64,000 nucleotides of DNA from Candidatus Amulumruptor caecigallinarius (GCA_023665575.1 JAMPDQ010000004.1:11430-75429), one strand, 5' to 3'. Shown: positions 28,557 through 36,201, numbered from the stretch's first letter. A program made the numbers and translations. The notes: generated by a model not told the origin, from the sequence alone.

Positions 28557-29036
28557 TCACGCCTCCGCGAGTGCTTCAAAATAGCAGTCGGCGACTACCG
28601 TCCACTCTTCGAGCGATCCGGTGGTTGTGAATCCACTCTTTTCCGTTGGGTCGCCAAACACCTCTTTGGCTTTGTCGGCACTAAGAGTAACCACAACCGG
28701 AGGCACATCTATGCCGGGTCGGTAAAACTGGTCCACACTGACTCCGGCCTGTTCCTCTTCAATTGCATACAGCCGACCTTTATAAAGGTAAAGACCGGTA
28801 ATCCTTTCCACAAACCTTCTGACTCCCTGTTTGTCGCCCTTGCGTTGGGGATACAAATCTATTTCAGGAATAAAATGAAATCCGGCCGCAGGAATACTCC
28901 AGATAATCGCACCGCAATCGCGTGCCGCCATATCCTCGGCAATCTTGTTTTTTGCATTTTCAAGCAATGCATCAACTCCATTATCTTTCTGCATATTTAC
29001 CATAGTTTTAAAATTAGGACAAGAATCTGTCACCAT
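28557..29036 (-). CDS. Hypothetical cytoplasmic protein (159 aa, acidic)
   Basis: ORF only, with no signal peptide or recognisable motif. The start may be an internal Met (29003 or 28994). Confidence 0.55.
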   Translation of the reverse strand: MVTDSCPNFKTMVNMQKDNGVDALLENAKNKIAEDMAARDCGAIIWSIPAAGFHFIPEIDLYPQRKGDKQGVRRFVERITGLYLYKGRLYAIEEEQAGVSVDQFYRPGIDVPPVVVTLSADKAKEVFGDPTEKSGFTTTGSLEEWTVVADCYFEALAEA

Positions 29037-29129
29037 ACGATGACAAGCAGTTACATTATATCAATGATTTGACTTGCAAAAAGGTTTAGACCCCGTTTCA
29101 CAAAATCAAGAGTCTGTCTCATAAAAAAT

Positions 29130-30446
29130 TCACTTGTAGCTGTTGATCTGATGCTGCCAGAAAGTTCGGAGTTCAGACCAGGGAACAATCACCGTGCCAT
29201 ATGAAAATCCGGGATCCAAATCTGTGTCGTCCGACAGTTGCAACGGATTGATATCCCTGCCATTTAATCGCAATGAGGCATATTCCTTTCCTGACTCGGA
29301 TTTTAATATTACAATTGCCAGATTGGCGGCCAGTGGGGTGATATCCTCGATGCGCCATGTATCAGCCAAATCTTTATAATCAAGCGGGAGGGCAAAACAC
29401 CCCGGAATTTTCATCAGCGACAACAAGGGAAGCAATGTTTCAGCATGTCCGAAATATCCGAAGAGGGAGGTGTCGCCTCCATCCGCAGGGGTCTCGGCAT
29501 CGGCAATAATCTGCTGCAACAAGGGAGTGACAGCCTCCGCCGCGATATGCGACAACGGTGTGATATTGTTGCGCAGATAATGTTGCAGATTCGATGCAAG
29601 ATAGCACTGCCGGTAATCCTCCTCTCCCATCATTGCAGTTGTTGGCGGAGGGAGCGATGCGGCGCGGTTGCCCTTCATAACTTCATACATCTCCATTGTA
29701 AGTTTCTTGAGATGTGCATCGCTGAGCTCCGAATGATTCTTGAACAACATTGCCGCCGGAGCAGAGGGAACATTCTCTGTGACATATTCATCATATACAG
29801 GCACCCAGTTGCCCTCTGCGCGATATTGCGCAAATGCAGAGTCAACGCTAAAGAAATAGAGAAGGCGCGAATACATGTGTCCCTGTGATGTTGATGAAGA
29901 GATGTTGTCATTCACAAGATTCAGTCCGTGCATAAACTCATACATGGTCATCACTGCACGAGGCACAAACGTTGCCTTACCCTCCAGTTTCAGCGGCATT
30001 TTTTGCAACGGTGGAAAAATCTTCACCATTTCTCCGGCAAGTTCACGCTCTTCGGCAACTCCAAGTGGCGACAGTTCACCCCATTTGTTGCGATTTGCCG
30101 ACTCCACGGTCTCCAGGTAATTCAGAAATTCAATCCCTTTATCGGAAATATTTCCGGCTGCCCGTGCGTCAAGAAGTGCACGCTCAATCTTGCACACCTT
30201 TTTCCGGCTTGAAAGGAAACGTGCGCCATGACGAGCCACATATATCACCTTCACCGGCTTCAGCGAATCGGGATAAACGGGCATCGGGGAGCAATCTCTG
30301 AAATTATAGATTGCCATTGAGCCGTCCAGATTCTCAGGCAATATGCTGTCGCATTTTGTTTCGCCGGCAATAGTAATGAAGGGGAGCAAGAGGGAGGCAA
30401 TAACTGTCGCAATTGACAAATTCATTCTTTTTGACAAGGTTTTCAT
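29130..30446 (-). CDS. Secreted histidine acid phosphatase, MINPP-like (candidate phytase / inositol polyphosphate phosphatase)
   Basis: Signal peptide. RHGARF (RHGxRxP-type) catalytic motif. Downstream GHAETL (HAE in place of HD) is the MINPP hallmark. Confidence 0.7.
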   Translation of the reverse strand: MKTLSKRMNLSIATVIASLLLPFITIAGETKCDSILPENLDGSMAIYNFRDCSPMPVYPDSLKPVKVIYVARHGARFLSSRKKVCKIERALLDARAAGNISDKGIEFLNYLETVESANRNKWGELSPLGVAEERELAGEMVKIFPPLQKMPLKLEGKATFVPRAVMTMYEFMHGLNLVNDNISSSTSQGHMYSRLLYFFSVDSAFAQYRAEGNWVPVYDEYVTENVPSAPAAMLFKNHSELSDAHLKKLTMEMYEVMKGNRAASLPPPTTAMMGEEDYRQCYLASNLQHYLRNNITPLSHIAAEAVTPLLQQIIADAETPADGGDTSLFGYFGHAETLLPLLSLMKIPGCFALPLDYKDLADTWRIEDITPLAANLAIVILKSESGKEYASLRLNGRDINPLQLSDDTDLDPGFSYGTVIVPWSELRTFWQHQINSYK

Positions 30447-30454
30447 GGCAACAT

Positions 30455-30478
30455 ATGAGTGGATGAGTGGATGAGTGG
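30455..30478. repeat. Octanucleotide array (ATGAGTGG) x 3, flanked by an 11-bp direct repeat
   Basis: Reverse-complement orientation of the 28511 array. TGGCAACATAT occurs at 30446-30456 and again at 30479-30489. Confidence 0.9.
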
Positions 30479-30548
30479 TGGCAACATATAAAAAAAGTTG
30501 CCATCTGTATAGATAACAACTTTTACGGTTAATATTCCTGCGATTTTT

Positions 30549-30956
30549 TCAGAATTTTTCACATTTAATCACCGACTGCGAAGTTTTCAGCACCATGTGG
30601 CTTGACGATAAATGCTCTATTGAGAACACCACCGGGTTGTCATAGATGCCAAACATGGCAAGATTCTGCTGATTGTTGCCGGAACGGAAGTCCACTCCCA
30701 GACGACTTCCCCCCTTGTCATAATCCATAATGCCCGTCACAAAAACTTTTGGAGCCTGAAGCTGCATCAGCTCAAGATTCACACAAATAAAGGCATCTTC
30801 CGGACATGATATGTTGCCGGTGTTGAGATTTTCAACTTCTGTAACGCGCCAAAACCCGTCAATTTTACCATTGTGAGAAGTGCGACGACAGGAAGACAAC
30901 CCACCGAGCAACACTATCAGCACTGCTGAAATTATAATTACCGATATCTTTTTCAT
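30549..30956 (-). CDS. Small lipoprotein, lipocalin-like
   Basis: Lipobox GGLSSC. 135 aa, beta-rich. The DGFWRVTEV start is typical of lipocalin-like domains. Confidence 0.55.
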   Translation of the reverse strand: MKKISVIIISAVLIVLLGGLSSCRRTSHNGKIDGFWRVTEVENLNTGNISCPEDAFICVNLELMQLQAPKVFVTGIMDYDKGGSRLGVDFRSGNNQQNLAMFGIYDNPVVFSIEHLSSSHMVLKTSQSVIKCEKF

Positions 30957-30989
30957 TATTTTCTACACTTAATTCTAAATTATATCCTC

Positions 30990-31017
30990 TGTCTCCTGTT
31001 TCCTGTCTCCCGTCTCC
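30990..31017. repeat. Heptanucleotide array (TGTCTCC-like) x 4
   Basis: TGTCTCC TGTTTCC TGTCTCC CGTCTCC, between the lipocalin-like start and the upstream gene's stop. Confidence 0.8.
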
Positions 31018-31022
31018 TCATA

Positions 31023-32519
31023 TCAGAATCGGAAAAAGCCGGTTTTCGACACAGTGAGGAGAGCCGCATAAGAATGCCCAAGGAGCGAACCCGCATCCAT
31101 TGAGAAAGAAAGCGAACCCTCCCAGCCTTTCAGAGTTTTGGGTCGGTATTTCACTTCTGCGAGCCAACTGAATGACGACTCAATTTTTTTAAGCGGCAGC
31201 TTGTAAGTGCCCCAGCTGCGGTTGTATGAAACGAGCACTCTGTAGTCGAGATTACCCAGCGGGGAACCCTTCAGACCCATGTGATGCGCAACGACTCTTG
31301 AATTCTTGAGATACATGGTGTGATCCCCGTTATAGATTGGAGAAATAAGGAAGGGATTGCCAAGAGTCATGCCCCAATTCTGCCAACCGTTATAGATATA
31401 ATGGTTGTAATAGTCATCGCGTCCTGACACCTGATAGTCAACTGATGGTGTGTGATCCCAATATACGGAGCCCGACTGGTCTTTCATGTATAGGAATTCA
31501 TACACAATTTCCGATACGAAAGGATTTTTCGGGAGTCCGGCCCGCACGCCGTATAAGCCGTCGAGCCAAGGATAATCAAAAAACATCATTGAATGATCTT
31601 CGAAAAAATGCTGATAATAGAGTTTCACCATCCAGCCGCGGGGATCGTCCCATTTCAGCGAAAAGCTCCAGTTGCCAAGCATATTTCCCTCTACATTTGC
31701 CTGTTCGCCGACGGCTGTGTCGCTTCCTCCTTTCATAGGAATCATTGCCTTAATCCAGGCCTTGGGATATGTGGGATGCTTCTCCCAATAGCCGGGATTG
31801 TTTTTATCACCCGGAATCCAGGTTTTACCTCCGAACTGAGTGTCCATGCTGAGGCCGATTTCACCCACGAGCGGGAATTTCTTCTCATTACCTCCGCGGA
31901 AATATATCGCGCGCGATGCATACAGCGTGTTTAGGGAATATTCCGAGTCTCGGTTAACCCATCGATTGAGCCACCAATTGTCGGTAAACATTCCGTAAGC
32001 GAGGTGACCTTTCACGGCAAACCAGCCGTTGCAGCCCCAGAAATCGGCATAATCGAAGATTCCCACTCTGATTTGGGGAATGGGGTGAGCATTATTGGAG
32101 ATGGTGAGTGCACCGGAGGAAAGGTCAGACGGAACAATCGGGTCGTTCAATTCCTTCTGCCCGATATACGCATCGAGGCACCGGTATTTTATTTCTGCAT
32201 AGAGCTGCTGAGGCACAAACACGGATGAATACCTGTAAGCCACGCCCATATCGATGCCCGCACCCCAGTCGAACTTCTTATCCTCATTCATATCCTTAAA
32301 AGCACTGAGGCGAAGGTAGCCGTTGTTTTTACGAATAGAGGAGAAGCCGTATTTGTCGGATACAAGCCAGAACGGGTTATGGTCGCCGCCGCCGAAGGCT
32401 GCGCCTATTTCGGCTTTATATCTTATGGAATCATTCCATTCTGCATGTGCGATGCCGGGTGCACACATACTCATGGCGGTAAGAGCACCGGCGAAATAAC
32501 ATTTAAGAATTCGTTTCAT
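31023..32519 (-). CDS. Outer-membrane beta-barrel protein, Wzi-like (capsule assembly family?)
   Basis: Start taken at MKRILKCYF, which has a signal peptide ending AHA. Aromatic C-terminus ...TGFFRF. The family call comes from remembered similarity (GGDHNPFWLVSDKYGF) and is uncertain. Confidence 0.6.
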   Translation of the reverse strand: MKRILKCYFAGALTAMSMCAPGIAHAEWNDSIRYKAEIGAAFGGGDHNPFWLVSDKYGFSSIRKNNGYLRLSAFKDMNEDKKFDWGAGIDMGVAYRYSSVFVPQQLYAEIKYRCLDAYIGQKELNDPIVPSDLSSGALTISNNAHPIPQIRVGIFDYADFWGCNGWFAVKGHLAYGMFTDNWWLNRWVNRDSEYSLNTLYASRAIYFRGGNEKKFPLVGEIGLSMDTQFGGKTWIPGDKNNPGYWEKHPTYPKAWIKAMIPMKGGSDTAVGEQANVEGNMLGNWSFSLKWDDPRGWMVKLYYQHFFEDHSMMFFDYPWLDGLYGVRAGLPKNPFVSEIVYEFLYMKDQSGSVYWDHTPSVDYQVSGRDDYYNHYIYNGWQNWGMTLGNPFLISPIYNGDHTMYLKNSRVVAHHMGLKGSPLGNLDYRVLVSYNRSWGTYKLPLKKIESSFSWLAEVKYRPKTLKGWEGSLSFSMDAGSLLGHSYAALLTVSKTGFFRF

Positions 32520-33187
32520 AATATCAGCATAATCAATGACGCAATATGCAAAAGTGGCAAACCAATTTAGAGTTTGTTTCAGGCTGCGTTTATAATGATT
32601 TTCAAAGATAGATATTAAATCAAATTTACGCAAAAAAAAAATTCCAAGTCTCCCAAATCACAAATATTATCGTATTGAAGTGATTTAAACTTTTTTCAAA
32701 TGCAAGATTAAGATTTTGAGCAACTTTCGGTTCTTGAAGAAGGAGTGATGCGGGCATCACGACTGATGAAAGAAGCTTACGCCGCCGGGCAAATTTATGA
32801 AAAAAAGTGTATTAGTGCATATTTGCGTAATGCATTGTATGAAAGAATAATACAAAAGACGGGGGGGGGTAATTTATCGCACGCGATTTTGCAAAGCGCA
32901 TGATTGATTCGAAGTCGGAAAATTTATATGTCGGCGCGATATACATTACCTAAGTTGCTATAGTTGATTTATATGTGCGCAATGTTAGCGATACGCACAC
33001 ACAGCAAAACTATACAAAATATATTAAATTCCAAAACTTTTTTCACAATGTTAGCAAATTTTGCGATTATTTAGATTCCGAAGATTTCAGATTTGTGGGA
33101 ACCGCCCCCCGTTTCATATCCTCAAAGAGAGATATGGAGGCCTAACCTTTAGGAAAAGTAAAAAAAATCAGCTGTAATGAAAAAATA

Positions 33188-33219
33188 TTTGGAAAGAAAG
33201 AAAAAAAAGATTAAATTTG
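33188..33219 (+). promoter_or_regulatory. Canonical Bacteroidetes promoter (-33 TTTG, 20-nt spacer, -7 TAAATTTG) for the tRNA-Glu/rpsT/tRNA-Glu unit
   Basis: TTTG at 33188-33191 and TAAATTTG at 33212-33219. The tRNA begins 39 nt downstream. Confidence 0.6.
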
Positions 33220-33257
33220 CAGTCGCAAGTTGTGCAAGGCACATAATTGCATATAGT

Positions 33258-33329
33258 GGCCCATTCGTCTATCGGTTAGGACGAGAGATTTTCATTCTCT
33301 AAAGAGCAGTTCGACTCTGCTATGGGCTA
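33258..33329 (+). tRNA. tRNA-Glu (anticodon UUC)
   Basis: Cloverleaf folded by hand: acceptor GGCCCAT/ATGGGCT, D arm GTCT/GGAC, anticodon arm AGAGA-TTTTCAT-TCTCT, T arm AGCAG-TTCGACT-CTGCT. A genomically encoded CCA follows. Confidence 0.9.
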
Positions 33330-33403
33330 CCAATTTGACAAAGCACCGGCACCGGCGCTTCAAGGTCATGAAAAAATTAAATAGATAAAAAGTAATTTTT
33401 AAG

Positions 33404-33655
33404 ATGGCAAATCATAAATCGTCATTAAAAAGAATTCGCCAGGCGGAAAAGAGAAAATTGGAGAACCGTTACTGGGCAAAGACAGCACGCAATGCAGTGC
33501 GTCGCGTACGCAAGATGACAGACAAGGCAGAAGCTCAGGCAGCCTACAACAAGGTTAGCGCACTTCTCAACCGTCTCGGCAGAAAAAATATCATATCCAA
33601 GAACAAAGCTGCAAATCTCTGCAGCGGCATGGCAAAGTATATCAACAAAATTTAA
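33404..33655 (+). CDS. rpsT: 30S ribosomal protein S20
   Basis: MANHKSSLKRIRQAEKRKLENRY... is a typical S20 N-terminus. 83 aa, highly basic. Confidence 0.95.
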   Translation: MANHKSSLKRIRQAEKRKLENRYWAKTARNAVRRVRKMTDKAEAQAAYNKVSALLNRLGRKNIISKNKAANLCSGMAKYINKI

Positions 33656-33675
33656 AATAGTAAAATCCCCCACAT

Positions 33676-33697
33676 GGGGATATCCTCAGATATCCCC
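33676..33697 (+). terminator. Hairpin after rpsT (GGGGATATC-ctca-GATATCCCC), no U-tract
   Basis: A perfect 9-bp stem read from the sequence. Because no T-run follows, it may be a processing or attenuation structure rather than a terminator. Confidence 0.4.
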
Positions 33698-33716
33698 GGT
33701 GGACGAGATTTGTGCA

Positions 33717-33788
33717 GGTCCATTCGTCTATCGGTTAGGACGAGAGATTTTCATTCTCTAAAGAGCAGTTCGACTCTGCTATGGACTA
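33717..33788 (+). tRNA. tRNA-Glu (anticodon UUC), second copy
   Basis: Identical to the first copy except for a compensatory pair in the acceptor stem (GGTCCAT/ATGGACT). No encoded CCA. Confidence 0.9.
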
Positions 33789-33883
33789 CTCCCCAAATCC
33801 ATCCTATCCCGGAGGCCGGTGTCGTTTTTGCGATGCCGGCCTCAACTTTTAGACCCCGTTTCATAAAAAATAGCGAGGAGAGC

Positions 33884-34207
33884 CTAAAACTCTCCCCACG
33901 GGGCATTGCTGTTGTTATAATGAACATCCTCGTCTACTTCAGCCTGACGATTGGCCGACCGGATGAAATCCATAATATTATCCTCTACGAAAAGTGGATA
34001 ATCCTCATAAAGCGACAGCTCATCATCTTTTATGGGCTCAATTGTGGAGGTTGAAAGAAAGGATTTTCCATGAGCCATAGGAAATTTCTTCTCAATGAAA
34101 GCGCGCACTCTCTCTTCCGGATCAATTATATCCGGGCATTCTCCCTCAGGAACTACAATTCTATACTTCTTTGAATTGCCGAATGAAATTAAAAATGTGT
34201 TTCCCAT
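33884..34207 (-). CDS. Hypothetical small acidic protein (107 aa)
   Basis: ORF only, with no motif I recognise. Bounded on both sides by repeat-core motifs. Confidence 0.5.
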   Translation of the reverse strand: MGNTFLISFGNSKKYRIVVPEGECPDIIDPEERVRAFIEKKFPMAHGKSFLSTSTIEPIKDDELSLYEDYPLFVEDNIMDFIRSANRQAEVDEDVHYNNSNAPWGEF

Positions 34208-34221
34208 AATAATACAACTGT

Positions 34222-34569
34222 TTTAGAGTCTGCTCTAAAAAAAATTTAACATTAGTGTCGCATGCATAATTCGGGAGGCAATGCAGAATCAGGAACATTG
34301 CGGGCTGTGTGACTGATTCAAAGAGTCAAACCCGGCCATGCATGCGAGGCCAATAGTAATTTAGATATAAAGCAGACATGTGATTTATTGTTAATCTATT
34401 AATGTTTAAGTCTGTATCAATGAAAAAAATTACTTTAGTTAGGCTTCTTTTTGGCTGATTTATCCAATCTCGCCTTTCACAACCGGGAGGCTGCTCGCCG
34501 GGAGGTTGAATAAATTATCTAAAAAAATAATCCGCTCCTAATGTTGATTTTTTATGAAACAGATTCTTA
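34222..34569. mobile_element. MITE-like element, 348-bp copy (longest in the window)
   Basis: Left end TTTAGAGTCTGCTCTAAAAAAAATTTAACATTAGTGTCGCATGC. Right end GCTCCTAATGTTGATTTTTTATGAAACAGATTCTTA. The interior is homologous to the copy at 23981, plus an extra segment of about 80 bp. No ORF. Confidence 0.8.
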
Positions 34570-34779
34570 TTACATATGCTCTGACGCATCTGATAAATTA
34601 ACGAATTTCCCCAAGCTAAGGTTTAGGCTCCGTTTCATAAAAAATAGCGGTCGCCGGGGCGGCCTGTTTTTGCGCTAACTTGCTTTATCTCTGTGGGAGC
34701 ATAATGGATTATGTGACCGAGGAGATGGAGCCTTAATTTTTGGGGATGGAGCTGTTGAATAAGCAGAATTGGTAGAATC

Positions 34780-35976
34780 TCAAAGAGAGTCACGGCATTC
34801 TCCGGATGTTGCTCCGAAAGAAAACATCCTGTTGATTATTATGGCTATCGCGCCGTCGCCGGTGACATTGCACGCTGTTCCGAAACTGTCCATGGCGATA
34901 TAGAGAGCTATCATGAGTGCACAATCCTGATCGGTAAAACCCAGCATAGATGTTAAAATTCCCAGAGAGGCCATGATAGAACCGCCGGGAATGCCTGGAG
35001 CAGCCACAATTGTCACACCGAGCATACATATAAAGCCCGCGAACATGGAAAAATCGAACGGTTTGCCCTGCATCAACATGAGAGCAACCGCACAAGCCAC
35101 AATTTTCAAGGTGGATCCGCTCATGTGAATTGTGGCGCACAGTGGCACAGTGAACCCCGCTACATTGCGATCAACCCCCATTTTTATTGTTTGGCCAAGT
35201 GTCACGGGAATTGTCGCTGCCGACGATTGTGTGCCCAGCGCCGTGAAATATGCCGGCATCATTGTGGCAAGAAGTTTAAAGGGGTTTTTGCTTCCTTTTG
35301 AAAATATGGCGGCAATGCAGAATTGAAAAATCAGTATTCCCACATGCATCGCAAATATCACTGCAATTATTCCCACAAAAGTTTTCAGCACAGGGAGAAT
35401 CTGTCCGGTGAACGACATGTTAAGGAATATGCCGAAAATATATACCGGCAGCAGTGGAATTATCACACGAGAGATGAAAAGCGCCACAATGTTGCGCACA
35501 TCGTCAAGCACACGCTTCAACGACACAGCGTTCACGGCCACACATCCCAAGCCGAGCATAAAAGCAGTCATCAAAGCCGTCATCACCGGGAACAAAGCCG
35601 GAATCTCAAGCGAGAAATAGGGGGTAAGCGACACGGGAGACTCTCCGGGATTCTCCACATGTTGCGAACATATTATGGCGGGGAAGGTGAGGTCGCTCAC
35701 AAAATACGACATAAAACCGGCAATCAGAGTTGCGCTGTAGGCTACCACAACAGTTGCCAGCAACATTTTGCCCGCCTTATTGCCGACATCTGCAATGGCG
35801 GGAGCCACGAATCCGAGGATAATCAGAGGCACAATAAAATTAAGCAACTGACTGAAGACGGCATTAAATGTTTCGAAAACACGCACCCCCCACAACGGAA
35901 GGAACAACGAGAACAAAACGCCCAAAAGCATGGCCATCAATATTCTGACCAATAAATGACTGAAAAATTTCTTCAT
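34780..35976 (-). CDS. Dicarboxylate/amino acid:cation symporter (SstT-like)
   Basis: 398-aa polytopic protein. GTQSSAATIPVTL motif is typical of the DAACS family. Confidence 0.8.
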   Translation of the reverse strand: MKKFFSHLLVRILMAMLLGVLFSLFLPLWGVRVFETFNAVFSQLLNFIVPLIILGFVAPAIADVGNKAGKMLLATVVVAYSATLIAGFMSYFVSDLTFPAIICSQHVENPGESPVSLTPYFSLEIPALFPVMTALMTAFMLGLGCVAVNAVSLKRVLDDVRNIVALFISRVIIPLLPVYIFGIFLNMSFTGQILPVLKTFVGIIAVIFAMHVGILIFQFCIAAIFSKGSKNPFKLLATMMPAYFTALGTQSSAATIPVTLGQTIKMGVDRNVAGFTVPLCATIHMSGSTLKIVACAVALMLMQGKPFDFSMFAGFICMLGVTIVAAPGIPGGSIMASLGILTSMLGFTDQDCALMIALYIAMDSFGTACNVTGDGAIAIIINRMFSFGATSGECRDSL

Positions 35977-36084
35977 GGTGATTCAAGGTATTAAGAACCC
36001 ATTGCCGCTAATTTATTAAATTTATTTCATTTTCACAAGTTTTCAACTTGCGGGAGATAAGATAGTTAGAAGAATATGGAAATA

Positions 36085-36180
36085 GGAATTGGGGATTGGG
36101 GATTGGGGATTGGGGATTGGGGATTGGGAATTGGGGATTGGGGATTGGTGATTGGGAATTGGGGATTGGGGGTGATGGTT
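36085..36180. repeat. Heptanucleotide array (GGGGATT) x ~12, with 12 G-runs of 3 or more
   Basis: Read directly. Variants GGGAATT and GGTGATT are interspersed. Lies between the divergent symporter and rnpA genes. Confidence 0.95.
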
Positions 36181-36201
36181 GGGGGTTGCGCAAAATTATA
36201 T

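Noticed and set aside
33674-34054. A 126-aa plus-strand ORF downstream of rpsT.
   Set aside because: It overlaps the second tRNA-Glu and a repeat-core motif and runs antisense into the 107-aa ORF. It has no coding features.
36085-36180. A telomere-like interpretation of the GGGGATT repeats (linear replicon end).
   Set aside because: The array is internal, flanked on both sides by ordinary chromosomal genes (the symporter and rnpA), and only about 95 bp long.
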